Shown: one piece after another, positions 1 through 13,020 of the stretch
Layout: each line of letters opens with the position of its first letter
How positions within the stretch are numbered: position 1 is the first letter of the stretch
Origin: Macrostomum hystrix
Taxonomy: Eukaryota; Animalia; Platyhelminthes
Assembly (NCBI GenBank): GCA_950097015.1
Contig: CATNEN010000024.1
Span: 5,208,001-5,272,000, forward strand
DNA: 64,000 nucleotides
Reading direction: 5' to 3'
Notes under the pieces: generated by a model
Databases searched by the model: none
What the model was told of the DNA's origin: nothing
Seen by the model: the letters and a program-made list of their open reading frames with translations, nothing else
Position numbers and translations under genes: made by a program

Positions 1-196
1 CCTCTCTCTAGCAGTCCGCCACCCCTCTCTCCGCCACCCCCGATAAGTTTAAATTTATTCCCCTCTGTCGCCCTCGCCTCGCCGCAGGCTGCAGCGGGCG
101 CAAAGCTCGCGAAATTCGCCGCGCATTCGTCGCCTTCGCTCCGTTCGCTCGCCGTCGTTAAGCGATGGCAGCGACGGCGAGGGGGAGTTTTCCTCT

Positions 197-2533
197 ATGA
201 GGTAATAAATAATAAAGTTGATAGGAACGCTACAGAGCTGATAAACCCACCTGTCGTGTGACTCATCACGTGACCTAACGCTAAAATTAAAATACACGTT
301 TTTTGTACGCGCTTGACTTAACAATAAAAAAAATTATTTATTTTCTTTATAACAGTGCTCAAACACTATTTATTATAATAACTGTTAAGCGCATAATGAT
401 TACCAATCAATCTGTTGCATTTAACATACGCCGCAAATATTTCTACTTATAGTAGTTTAAAAGAAAAAAACAATAATGAATTGCCTGACTACATAAAAAA
501 CTTTTCTTTATCTAAACGAGATTACATTTTCATATTTTGCAACCTTAGTTCTATTCTAAATTGCAACAATCTGAGTCAATAAAACCGCGGATTTCGAAGA
601 TTAGCCTATATGTTTCGAAAAATATGTATTTAAACTCCTTAATTGCATTCAATATCCCTTTCAAACCAGCCACTCTCGGAGAGAGCAGGCCCGCGATGAC
701 CAGGCCCAGGACGGCTCTCGCTACGCCACCTTTCCGCGCCGCTCGAAGCCCGACGGTTTGCCATCCGGCTCCGGCGAGGCGTCCGCTTCGACGCCACGCC
801 GAACGCCGCTAACGGACGGTGCCACGGGCGGCGCCGACGCCAGCGTTCTGGTGCACGAGGCCGACCGGGTGTCGCGCGGCGGCGAGCTAGAGAGCGGCAT
901 CGGCAACACCATCGCCGAGGAGGCAGAAGGCGAGGCCGAAGCCGCTGCCGAGGGAGACGAAGTCTTTAATGAAGGCTCCGGAGCTGCTGCCAAAGATAAA
1001 GATGTGAGGATCAATTTTAAATCCCTATTTAAGCCCTGCGGTCACGGATGCTCAACGGGGATTGTAACTTAGTGGTTACTGCGTCGGACTCACCACTGAA
1101 AGGTCCGGGGTTCGATTCCCAACTCTACTGGAACAATCTGTAACCTTTAGTTAAACACTTAACTCTGCATTGCTTCACTTCACCCGGCTGTTAAATGGGT
1201 TACAAGCATTTGCTGGGGAAATTCAGCGTGGGTGTGGCGTCCCCCCAGTCCATGGACTGAACAGCAATGAGCAGCCTTTAGAAGCACCTCGCAACAGCTG
1301 CGGCTGTGTCTCGGCTGCACATCTGGCCCTATTGTTGCAGGTGTAATCAATTTTTTTAATTATTAATATTAGCCATATAGTTTATCCTTTCATCTCGGAT
1401 CCTTAGGGAGATTTCAGTTCGACTCATCGCATTCTCAGTTTGGGATTTCAGCTTGACTCATCGCATTCTCAGTTTGGGATTTCAGCTTGACTCATCGCAT
1501 TCTCAGTTTGGGATTTCAGCTTGACTCATCGCATTCTCAGTTTGGGATTTCAGCTTGACTCATCGCATTCTCAGTTTGGGATTTCAGTTCGACTCATCGC
1601 ATTCTCAGTTTGGGATTTCAGCTTGACTCATCGCATTCTCAGTTTGGGATTTCAGTTTGACTCATCGCATTCTCAGTTTGGGATTTCAGCTTGACTCATC
1701 GCATTCTCAGTTTGGGATTTCAGCTTGACTCATCGCATTCTCAGTTTGGGATTTCAGCTTGACTCATCGCATTCTCAGTTTGGGATTTCAGTTTGACTCA
1801 TCGCATTCTCAGTTTGGGATTTCAGCTTGACTCATCGCATTCTCAGTTTGGGATTTCAGCTTGACTCATCGCATTCTCAGTTTGGGATTTCAGCTTGACT
1901 CATCGCATTCTCAGTTTGGGATTTCAGCTTGACTCATCGCATTCTCAGTTTGGGATTTCAGCTTGACTCATCGCATTCTCAGTTTGGGATTTCAGCTTGA
2001 CTCATCGCATTCTCAGTTTGGGATTTCAGCTTGACTCATCGCATTCTCAGTTTGGGATTCTTAATAAACATTTTCTCCGCCAGAATGACAGCGGAGTAGC
2101 CGAGGAAACGGTCGCCATGACAACCGCCACAACGGTCGCCGCGGCCGCCCCAGTTTTTGACGGCGATGCCGACGAAGCCTTCGACCACTTCGACAAGATG
2201 CTTGACCAGGTCGACGGCCACTTGCCGCAGGAGCTGACAAAAGATCACTCCGAGGGAGCCGACGAAGCGGCCCAGACGGAAGCTCGGACGGACAGACAGC
2301 CGCCGCGCGGTCGCCGATGTCCCCGACTGCGCGCCTTCTTCCTAATCAGCGTCGGCTTCTCCCTGCTGGCGGTGCTGGGGGCCGTGCTGCTGTTCGAGCT
2401 GGCCGAGCCGCCAGAGTCGGTGCGCTGGCTGCGCGCGCACCCCATTGCTCACGACCTGCGGGAGAGACTCTACGACCCGGTTAGGGCTCGCCTGGTCGAC
2501 CTGGGCGCCGCTGCGGCCGCCCGCCTGCGCTGA
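197..2533 (+). CDS. Orphan acidic protein with one C-terminal transmembrane helix (about 262 aa, 3 coding exons: 197-201, 670-1003, 2084-2533)
   Basis: GT-AG junctions at 201/202, 669/670, 1003/1004 and 2083/2084 are phase-compatible and join ORFs 758..1072 and 1997..2533 into MSHSRREQARDD...; hydrophobic AFFLISVGFSLLAVLGAVLLFEL lies near the C-terminus. The start codon is inferred. Confidence 0.65.
1062..1340 (+). mobile_element. tRNA-derived SINE, family A (in intron 2)
   Basis: A-box-like TAGTGGTTA and B-box GGTTCGATTCC, then a body with the palindrome CAGTCCATGGACTG; homologous to 49068-49340. Confidence 0.75.
1408..2058. repeat. 34-bp intronic minisatellite (about 19 units)
   Basis: Unit GACTCATCGCATTCTCAGTTTGGGATTTCAGCTT, head-to-tail with no spacers. 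Confidence 0.95.
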
Positions 2534-2642
2534 ATGAATCCCGCCGACCAGTGAGCAACAGGCACTGTAGACAGGGAATGTAGAAAAGTTGAGCTTCAGT
2601 CTCCAATGTCCAGATTCTGTCAGATCGCTCAAGTTAAGCCGT

Positions 2643-3000
2643 TATAATAATAATGACAATTGCAGGAGGTCTGCGGGCAATGGCACATCATTTGGTGACA
2701 CTAGACCCGCATCCAGCGAGGAGGCAATTCTGCCCATTTCGCTGACTCCTGAGCACACACGCACGCAGATACCGCACGCTCATACAGGTGTGTACATCTG
2801 CCCTGACTTTCCTATCCTCAGGCAGTGTACACTTCACTGTGCCTTGGAGGTTGGCCCTCAAGGGCGTCAATTTCACGACAAGCCCCCAAGCCTTCTCTCC
2901 GCGGCTGCGCCCCAAATGAATGTGGCCTCGCCGCGAAATCGAGCTTGGGGACCTTGGTGCAAGTGGCAAACCCGTTAGACCGCTCTGCCACCGACCCCCT
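2643..3000 (-). mobile_element. tRNA-derived SINE, family B
   Basis: Minus strand starts GGGGTCGGTGGCAGAGCGGT (A box) ... GCTCGATTTC (B-box-like) and ends in an (ATT)n tail; four more copies in the window. Confidence 0.8.
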
Positions 3001-4227
3001 TAAGTTAAGCCGTTGCCCAAAGTACACTGTTGTCACACTGATTAACAATCTTGTTTGTCTTGATTTTTTTTCTTTAAAGAGAAGCAGTTTCGCGGACAAA
3101 TATCTGTACTTTTGTTTCACACCTGTTCTATTTATTTAGAGGAATTTTTCCATTCCAAATTTTTGAGTTTTTATTTAGAAGAGAACAAATTTGACACATC
3201 CCAATATTTGCTGAGTACCTTCTGAGCACTTCTGTGTTTATTTCAATTTCAGTTTTCCCTGCTATTGCATCGAACAACAGAATCGTTTATTTGTCATCAT
3301 GCTAGTAAATTATATTTTAATAAGACACGTGTTTTTTCAACTGCTTGTTCCTATCTACAATTATATTCATAGATGTTGTCAGTTTGTTTAACGCTCCTAT
3401 ATTTTAGTTTCCAGTCTGGGATTTTAATAGTACAAAAAATATAGCTTTACAATTGTTTTCATAACAAAATCATCGTCATCTGCTGTGATTGCCTGCTTTC
3501 TTTTGTCTATTTCCCGTGTTTTCTGAGAAGCTTTACAAGTTCTGTTTCATTTTTTGCCTTGCTTCGCTTATTCGTCTGTACTTTTTTTCGGCTTGCACGC
3601 GCCGCTTAATATCCTACTGTTTATGAGTACTGAGTAGTATCTAGTAGTTTATCGCAGTTTAAATCTATGATTTAATATAATGTTATTAAATAATTCTCGA
3701 TCTGTCATGGTTTGGCGTGTTGTCTGTCTGTCTGCCACTTTGTTTGTTTGTTCTTGTTCACTTTTGTTTACAAAGCAGGAATTTTCTGTTCCGCAGAGTA
3801 CAATTAATTGTTCTCAGTGTTATTCTATTCAGCTTTGACTAGCATACTTATTGAACTGTGCTCGTCTAACCTACACATCAAACAACTCTAAGCTTTAACA
3901 ATCACTATTGAATGATTGCTATATTAATTTGCTATGCCCTAATTTGTCTGTCTGTCTGTCTGCTCTATCACCAGGCCATAATGAAAATATATAACTAAAC
4001 ATAATTTCAACAGTCAAGCTTTGTTTGGGTACCGTTGCGTGTGTGTTTGAATGCATTGTTGACATTAAAAAAGCGAATCAATTGGTCTTTTTTTCTCAGC
4101 ATTTTTGTCACTTGACTGGCTAAGTAGATGACGAGGCATCTTTACTTTAGTCAGATAGCTATAGTTACTCACGCCGTTTACCACAGCTCCAACGGCTTGG
4201 CTGAAAAAATAGAGAAATAATGCATAA

Positions 4228-4310
4228 CCCAGTTGGGCCAGATTTACAGCTGGAGCTATTGCGCGGCGCTGTGTACAGCTCTTCAGTCCGTGGACTGGGG
4301 TGGGGTCGCT
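4228..4310 (-). mobile_element. SINE family A 3' fragment
   Basis: Reverse complement contains CCCCAGTCCACGGACTGAA...CAGCTGTAAATCTGGCCCAA, matching the 3' part of 1062-1340. Confidence 0.55.
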
Positions 4311-4672
4311 TCATCTTGGGACAAAAATGCGAAACTTCTTGACCTAGCTTGCTTGCCAGTGGGCCAAATAAACAGAAGTCGCCTTGACCACGTTTGACTA
4401 ATTAAACACGACGTCCAGTTTTAATCTAATTTATTTTGTTCCACTACGAGACTGCTAGTCTGTTTCGTGATTCGGCACTGAAATCTCAAAAGGATTGACA
4501 TAGGTAAAATTGTCACGATGTCGAAGCAGTGTTTGCTGTATTTTACATGAGAAATTTGAGTTAGAAACTTGAACTTAAGTTTGTGTAATGAAACTGCTGT
4601 TACGAGCTCCTAATTAGCTCGTATTTGTTGGTGGTTGCCGATTTCTCATCGTCGTTCAGGATACTAAAACCT

Positions 4673-5850
4673 GGCTCATGTCTCATCTCTCCATGGCTCA
4701 TGTCTCATCTCTCCATGGCTCATGTCTCATCTCTCCATGGCTCAAGTCTCATCTCTCCATGGCTCATGTCTCATCTCTCCATGGCTCATGTCTCATCTCT
4801 CCATGGCTCATGTCTCATCTCTCCATGGCTCATGTCTCATCTCTCCATGGCTCAAGTCTCATCTCTCCATGGCTCATGTCTCATCTCTCCATGGCTCATG
4901 TCTCATCTCTCCATGGCTCATGTCTCATCTCTCCATGGCTCAAGTCTCATCTCTCCATGGCTCATGTCTCATCTCTCCATGGCTCATGTCTCATCTCTCC
5001 ATGGCTCATGTCTCATCTCTCCATGGCTCAAGTCTCATCTCTCCATGGCTCAAGTCTCATCTCTCCATGGCTCATGTCTCATCTCTCCATGGCTCATGTC
5101 TCATCTCTCCATGGCTCATGTCTCATCTCTCCATGGCTCAAGTCTCATCTCTCCATGGCTCATGTCTCATCTCTCCATGGCTCATGTCTCATCTCTCCAT
5201 GGCTCATGTCTCATCTCTCCATGGCTCATGTCTCATCTCTCCATGGCTCATGTCTCATCTCTCCATGGCTCAAGTCTCATCTATCCATGGCTCATGTCTC
5301 ATCTCTCCATGGCTCATGTCTCATCTCTCCATGGCTCAAGTCTCATCTCTCCATGGCTCATGTCTCATCTCTCCATGGCTCATGTCTCATCTCTCCATGG
5401 CTCATGTCTCATCTCTCCATGGCTCAAGTCTCATCTCTCCATGGCTCATGTCTCATCTCTCCATGGCTCATGTCTCATCTCTCCATGGCTCATGTCTCAT
5501 CTCTCCATGGCTCATGTCTCATCTCTCCATGGCTCATGTCTCATCTCTCCATGGCTCATCTCTCCATCGCTTAAGTCTCATCTCTCCATGGCTCATGTCT
5601 CATCTATCCATGGCTCATGTCTCATCTCTCCATGGCTCATGTCTCATCTCTCCATGGCTCATGTCTCATCTCTCCATGGCTCATCTCTCCATCGCTTAAG
5701 TCTCATCTCTCCATGGCTCAAGTCTCATCTCTCCAAGTCTCATCTCTCCATGGCTCATCTCTCCATCGCTCGATCATGTCTCATCTCTCCAAGTCTCATC
5801 TCTCCATGGCTCATCTCTCCATCGCTTAAGTCTCATCTCTCCATCGCTCA
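4673..5850. repeat. 22-bp minisatellite
   Basis: Unit GCTCATGTCTCATCTCTCCATG with a CAA variant; degenerates at the right end. Confidence 0.95.
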
Positions 5851-7284
5851 TGTCCCTTTTGTCTCAACTCTCTCCACCTTATCTACCGATGTTCGATTTC
5901 TTTCTAAAGCTAGTTTTCCATCTGTAAGTCGACCGGCTTTACAGTAGTCTAACACTCGTAGATTATTTGTGTGGGAAAATATATGAGGACATTGTTCCAA
6001 AGCTTGTGATTGTACTACTTCTCAGGTATTTTCGTGGCAAAAAAATAAATGTGGAATATTGAGTCAATATGAAAAAAATCGACAGCCGTTAGTCCTTAGA
6101 CAGTCTATAAAGTCAAACATATCCGTGCATCTGTTGAGTCTATTCTCACAATTTTACACACTTCCATTACTTATGCTGGCCTGACTGTTTTACTCTTGCT
6201 CAGCTGTATAGTGCTGATGGGTGAAGATGAAAATGCTCTCATAGTTTTAGGCAATGTTTCATTTATCGCCTATTTTATAGAAGGAAAATTTTTACCTGAA
6301 CGCCTGTATCAAACTGATTACTATGTACTTTTAAATTGTCAATAGCATACAAAAAGTCATTTTCTAATTCTGCCACTTATATTTGCGTTTTTTATATTCC
6401 AGTTTCGTACAGCCACTCCATCAAAAAGCAGCTTCAATGCCAGACTCCATTGCTAATTAGTGTCAACTGGGCTTGCTGCTGATTCACATTCTCTATTTTT
6501 TTAGCTGGCACTTATATACAGCGCCTCCTTGTCCTACTCACTGATGGTCGATTGACACAGAGAGTATCACGGGCGAGTAAGCGTGACCCGGTTTCTCCAA
6601 TGAACTCACCTGAGCACACACTGAACAATATACTGCTGCTCTTGACCCCAACTGCAGGCAGTGTGTTCGCAAGTCAAACACCAGCGGCTCCCAGTCACTA
6701 TGGCGCGCCAACACTATAAGCGAGCTGCTTGCTCAAACAGTGCTAAATGGGATTAATCTCCCCTTCTGCACCTACCCGCTCCCATCCCAGAAACACTGGA
6801 CCTCAGCCTCGATCAGTACCAAACTAGCCTCTGTCGATCTCTCAAAACTGTCTTGTGACTTGTCCCTTCCCTCACCGGAGCATACAGTACAGCCTTGTAC
6901 TCAAATTCCCATTTGACTGGCCGAGTCTACTCGGCAGCTCAAAGTCTGCAATCAAGCGAATTATTTTTGGAGGCCCACGGAGCCGGACTGGCGGTTATCA
7001 GCAGACCAGCAAATTTCTCCCGCAAGCTGCAGTCTTTGACATCTCGCACTCGCCAAACAGAGCGCAGAAAAATTCTGTCGAGTTAATTCGATACCAACAG
7101 CCGCCTGTGTCCTTGATCTACCCCGCTAATCCCTAGGGAGGCGCTGAAAGTTGTCATCGATTCTAGTTGCTAACGAGAGATAATCCGACAAACGTGTCTG
7201 CCGCAACTGCTCCGCAAAGTCATCCGTAAAACATACTGGTGCTTTCGTCTGTCATTTCGATGTTTCACAGAGCGAATCTTACTA

Positions 7285-7770
7285 GAGTATCTCCGGTGCT
7301 AATTTTGTATCTCCAGTGCCATATTTGTATCTCTAGTGCCACTTTTAGCGTCTCCAGGATCACCTTTGTGTCTCCAGTGCCACTTTTGGCGTCTCCAGTG
7401 CCACATTTGTATCTCCAGTGCCACTTTTTTGTCCCCAGTGCTAATTTTGTGTCTCCAGTGCCACTTTTTTGTCCCCAGTGCTAATTTTGTGTCTCCAGTG
7501 CCACTTTTTTTGTCCCCAGTGCTAATTTTGTATCTCCAGTGCCATATTTGTATCTCTAGTGCCACTTTTAGCGTCTCCAGGATCACCTTTGTGTCTCCAG
7601 TGCTACTTTTGGCGTCTCCAGTGCCACATTTGTATCTCCAGTGCCACTTTTTTGTCCCCAGTGCTAATTTTGTGTCTCCAGTGCCACTTTTTATGTCTCC
7701 AGTGCTACTTTTTGTCCCCAGTGCTACTTTTTTTGTCCCCAGTGCTACTTTTCTGTCCCCAGTGCCACTT
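7285..7770. repeat. Degenerate ~20-bp minisatellite with an internal ~240-bp duplication
   Basis: Recurrent CTCCAGTGCCACTTTT motif; the block ...GTGCCATATTTGTATCTCTAGTGCCACTTTTAGCGTCTCCAGGATCACC occurs twice. Confidence 0.85.
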
Positions 7771-8169
7771 TGGGGAAATTTTTCAAAGCTTCATTTACCC
7801 CAGCTTTTGTGGACCGCAGTCGGGCGCATATTTAACCGGAGATGAAAATTTCTTCCAGCTAGGTAACTAGCCCAGAAACTGCATGTTCTGACAGTAGTTT
7901 TCCCACTGTTGGCCACCAACCCAACCGATCCCTTTTGTCCCTTTGTCAGTGAAACTCGAGATCGTTTAAAGAAGCGAGGTTCGCAAACAATCTCCGTTTC
8001 CTGTTAAGCAGCTCTACACCATCGTCTTTAAAAAACTGTCGGCCGACTATTTCAGGCAGAATGAGCGACAGCGAAACCTGTCAGCTTGGTCTTATGCCCG
8101 CCTGTGTTGGAGAAAGCAACTCGCATAGACAACTGCGAAATAGGTGCACTGATGATGTAGCTGCTTTTT

Positions 8170-9190
8170 TACTGGATTGTTTACCTGGATTTTACTCTGT
8201 TGTTTGCCTGGATTTTACTCAATTGTTTACCTGGATTTTACTCTGTTGTTTACCTGGATTTTACTCTGTTGTTTACCTGGATTTTACTCGATTGTTTTCC
8301 TGGATTTTACTCTGTTGTTTACCTGGATTTTACTCGATTGTTTACCTGGATTTTACTCTGTTGTTTACCTGGATTTTACTCTGTTGTTTACCTGGATTTT
8401 ACTCGATTGTTTACCTGGACTTTACTCTGTTGTTTACCTGGATTTTACTCGATTGTTTACCTGGATTTTACTCGATTGTTTACCTGGATTTTACTCGATT
8501 GTTTACCTGGATTTTACTTAATTGTTTACCTGGATTTTACTCGATTGTTTACCTGGATTTTACTCGATTGTTTACCTGGATTTTACTTAATTGTTTACCT
8601 GGATTTTACTCGATTGTTTACCTGGATTTTACTCTGTTGTTTACCTGAATTTTACTCGATTGTTTACCTGGATTTTACTCGATTGTTTACCTGGATTTTA
8701 CTCGATTGTTTACCTGGATTTTACTCTGTTGTTTACCTGGACATTACTGGATCGTTTACCTGGATTTTACTCGATTGTTTACCTGGATTTTACTGGATGG
8801 TTTACCAGTATTTTGCTCTGTTGTTTACCAGTATTTTGCTCTGTTGTTTACCTGGATTTTACTTGACTGTTTACCTGGGTTTTACTCAATTGTTTACCTG
8901 GACATTACTGGATCGTTTACCTGGATTTTACTCGATTTTTTACCTGGATTTTACTCGATTGTTTACCTGGATTTTACTCTGTTGTTTACCTGGATTTTAC
9001 TCAATTGTTTACCTGGATTTTACTCTGTTGTTTACCTGGCTTTTACTTGATTGTTTACCTGGATTTTACTTGATTGTTTACCTGGCTTTTACTTGATTGT
9101 TTACCTGGCTTTTACTCGATTGTTTACCTGGATTTTACTGGATGGTTTACCAGTATTTTACTCTGTTGTTTACCAGTATTTTACTCTCTT
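8170..9190. repeat. 23-bp minisatellite
   Basis: Unit TTGTTTACCTGGATTTTACTC(TG/GA). Confidence 0.95.
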
Positions 9191-9922
9191 AAAAACCAGG
9201 ATTTAAGTCGGTTATTTATCAGTATTTTACTATGTTAAACACCAAGATTTTACTAGTCAGTTACTGGAATTTCACTAGTTTTTTAACTTGATTTTACTTG
9301 GCTGTTTACATCTATTTCAATATATTTTATGCTTCTGCTCTCCTATAGTTAACATTTTCGTATTCCTAGAATTTACAACTTTTTTTTTTAAGATTATAAT
9401 CCTGTTTTGCTAGACTAACTAAGTTTTTTCCAATCTGATTTCCACACTTAACTAGTTTTTTGTAGACATAATTTTTGGTTTTCCTAGAATTCACTCTGGT
9501 TTTACACCTGGATTTTACCTTTTAAATGTTTAGTGTATCAGACTTGTAACAAAATTAAGGAGAGCTTATGTATAGCATAGTGTATAGTTAGTGCAGAAAC
9601 GTGCTTAACATATTCTACATGTTATTTGTATTTGAATAAACATATTAGAAGTGGCGTAATAATGTGCGCCTAATCTCAAATAAGCTAGGTAGAGAAAAGT
9701 AATTTGGAGTGAAATAATAAAATACCAGTGGGCTTCGGGTTGCAGCTTTTTAGGAATTCAACGCCAGATAAATTGCGACAGAAAAAAAGGGAAACATTTT
9801 ACCTATTACAGCTGTAGGAGTTATGATATTGTACAACAAAAATTTCAGCTATCGGTATTTTATCAAAGAAATAAATGAAAATGGGGATATTAAACAGATC
9901 AGTCTGGTAATGAAGCCGTCGC

Positions 9923-10469
9923 TCAGCTGGAGTTGAATATCTTCATCTTGGCTGCCATGGCGTTGAACTCGTCAAAGTTGATCACCCCGTCGTGGTCCGA
10001 GTCGGCCTCTAGCATCATCTCGTCCAGCTCGGCGTCAGACATGCCCTCCTTGAGTATCTCGTTCATGACGTACTTCAGCTCCGACTTCGAGATGACGCCG
10101 TCCTGGTTCTGGTCCAGCAGATCGAAGATTCGCTGCTTCTCCGACTGCGGCTTGTGGCCTCCTTTCTCCACGAAGGCATTCATCATGGTGACGAACTCCT
10201 GCGAAAGTAAAGCGGAATCAATACAGAACACGGACAGCAATGAAACCTGAAAAAGTGATTCCCCGCAGGCTCAGCTTCCCCACCTGGAACTCCAGAGTGC
10301 CGTTGGCGTTCTTGTCGAACTCGCTGATGAGCGCCTCCGCCTCCGGCCTGGTGATGGTCTGGCCGGCAGCGCGCATCAGGCTGACCAGCTCCTTGACCTC
10401 GATGGCGCCGTTGCCGTTGGTGTCGGACCTGTCGAACACCTCGCGGAGAACCTCAACGCTGTGAGCCAT
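9923..10469 (-). CDS. Calmodulin-like 4-EF-hand protein, paralogue 1 (153 aa; exons 10469-10284, 10198-9923)
   Basis: EF loops DTNGNGAIEVKE, DKNANGTLEFQE, DQNQDGVISKSE, DSDHDGVINFDE; 85-bp phase-0 GT-AG intron. Confidence 0.92.
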
Positions 10470-13020
10470 GGAAGCTGTTTGCCGATTTCTTATTGAGAAG
10501 CTGTCAAAGTCCAAGATTTCTGCTCTGCTGTGGGAACCCCGCTGCGAAGCTTGAGACCGCCGCTTTTAGCTAACTTCTTCTCCCCCCCTCTAGGCTTCCC
10601 CTTCCCCTCCGTGATCCTTCCCTGATTCACGCGAACCTGATTGGCTGCCGGACCTGATCTGCCAGTCACTTCCCATGGGCTCAGAGGGGAGATACGCCTG
10701 CCGATTTGGTAGGCAAATCTGCAAACCTGGGCAAGTTCTGAAAGTTGCCAACCTCCCAGCACTGCCGCTCTGCCTCTCTGTCTGTCCCTCACTCGGCTGG
10801 GTGGTTTGGCAGACCTAACTCCAAACTGTGCCTAGACTGCCCCTACCGTTGTCTAGCTTTCGGCAGCTTCCTCTGGCATCTGCAGAAACTGGCACTTTCT
10901 CGACATTCATTTTTCTTCTCCTACTCTCTCTCGCTCCCACTCCGGGCATCAGGGCATTCCAGCAGAGTTTGAGCACACCGCACAGTTGAGCAGTAGTGGC
11001 CTGACAAATGGCAGGGGAATAGTGAGTTCACTCAATTTTCTCCCTCCTGACATATCGCGAGATCCCCGCGCTAGCCCTAGTCCCCACTCACCTTGCCTAC
11101 CAATGCGAGGCCCTGTTGAATCGCATTTTCTCCAGTAGGGGAGGGAAGTGATTACTGGCCCATTCATTTCCTGCAGCCGGGGTCGGACCTGTCCGGCCGC
11201 CCGCCCCCCTCCCCGGAGGAAGGAAATTGGCGAATGAAAAGGAAAGAGAGCAAATAAAATTGTTTTGCCCCGGTGAAACACCCACAAGGCCGCTGCAGCC
11301 GCGCGCTGACTGCATAGGTTCTCTGCTACCTTGAAGAGAAATTGGCTGGGCCACATTGCTTCAGTTTGATCAGTCGCAGCAACTATCGATCTTCGTCTAA
11401 GATCGGGAGCCCGTACCCTAAGTTGCTCCTCCCAGCCTTAATCCCAGCCTGTCTGTTCTGACAATGAGCGAGCAGGCAGAGCTAAGGCGGGCCAACTCTC
11501 TTCTCTACCTATTTGTATATCGGCCCGTTCGATCAGTTCTGATTTCGCATTCTTTTCCCCATAGGGATTTTTGGCAGCTCAGTAAAACCGCACGCAATCT
11601 CACAACCGAAAACCATCCCAGAATAATCCCCCGGCCAGTCTGATCGCTTCCTCTTTTGCTAGGGATTTTTTGTGTTTTTTCCCTAAGAATTCCCACTCAA
11701 GATTTGAGTTGCCGAGTTTCTATTGGGATCGATAAAAAACAGATTTAGACAGAATCGAATCCGAAAGTAAGTGTTCTACTCGTGGTTTAGAGCTTGGGAC
11801 TCCTAGCTCCGAAAAGGTCGGCAGTTCGAATCTTTGATAAAAATGAAACAAACAATTAATTTCCCATTGCTTGAGTTTGACCATGGACAGTTCTTATCCC
11901 TGCAGTTGTACCATCTGGCCCAACTAAGCTCGGGTGTGATGTCTATTTCTAAAAGCTGGCGACTTAAAATGCTAGGGAAGAAAGGTGTTTTTTGAGAGAG
12001 TGAAAAGCGGGAACCGCCGACTTATTGTGTGCTGGGGAGCAAATGGGAATGTCACTCTCTCTCCCTCTTCTAAGCGAAAAAATTCCCTTTTCTCGACACG
12101 ATAGCAGCAGAGAGAGAGAAATAGGAGAGTGTTTGGGAAGTGGCGGAGTGGAATGAGACGCGCTGAGTGCAGCCCGGGCGTCGACTCAGGACGGAGAGAA
12201 GAAAAAAACAAAAAAGGACCAAGATTTTAGGCGATACTGGAGCTGCTTTGTTTCTTGCAGCCCTAACTTTCCGCAGCAACAATCGCATAGGCAATCAGTG
12301 AGCATTCAGGCTTCCAAGAAGCATTTCTTTAAGCGATTCCAGGAAATCAGAATCGAAAGCAACGAAGAATGTTTTTATCAGAATCGGAGCAGAGAATAGT
12401 AGATGACGATTCAGTTGCCAGGCAAGGCCTGCGTGTTAAGACTGTTTCGATAAGCTATCTGAGCCGCTGGGCACCTGGACAGGCTGGCTGGATTGAACAG
12501 AGGAACCGGAGCTGGCAGATTTTAGCCTCTTGTTTGGGTCAGCGCCGGAATCTGAGAGGAATCCGAATGAGTTTCTTCGTGGACTTCGACAGCTGGCGGC
12601 GCCGGGAACCGGGGGGGGCTCCTGCTGATGAGGAGTGGGGGTCGAGTTTCTCCTCTCCTCTCTCCCGTCTCCCTATTCCCTGCTCATTCTCTTTAGCCGC
12701 CAGATTCGCCTTCACTAATTAAATATTTATTGAGCCGGCCAGTTGGACGTCTTCTGGTTTTTCTTTCGAGGCACCCGCTGGATTAGCGCCAGAAGCAGAG
12801 GCGGTGAAGACAGAAAAGGCCAGGAACCTACTCCATCCACGTCCCTCAGGGTTGCCATCCAGTCGAACAGATGAGAACGATCGCCTGTGAGCACACGTGC
12901 AAAAGAAAGTGCAGAGCAGACCATTTTTCATGCTTTTTAAACAGACTGAGCAAGTCCCACAGATTGACATAAATGACATAAATTCTAAATATACAAAATT
13001 TATACAATAAATAACAGAAT

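Noticed and set aside
1062-1135. tRNA genes at SINE heads (also 2930-3000, 49068-49140)
   Set aside because: A/B boxes are present but there is no full cloverleaf, and each runs into a shared SINE body.
1408-2058. CRISPR-like period (34 bp; also the 29-, 31- and 35-bp arrays)
   Set aside because: Units are head-to-tail with no unique spacers, there are no cas genes, and the context is a eukaryotic intron.
4625-9096. Long ORFs in the 22-, 20- and 23-bp arrays
   Set aside because: Stop-free frames are produced by the repeat unit and appear in several frames at once.
12620-12660. Hammerhead ribozyme cores (CTGATGAG here and at about 32316)
   Set aside because: No correctly placed GAAA or flanking stems.
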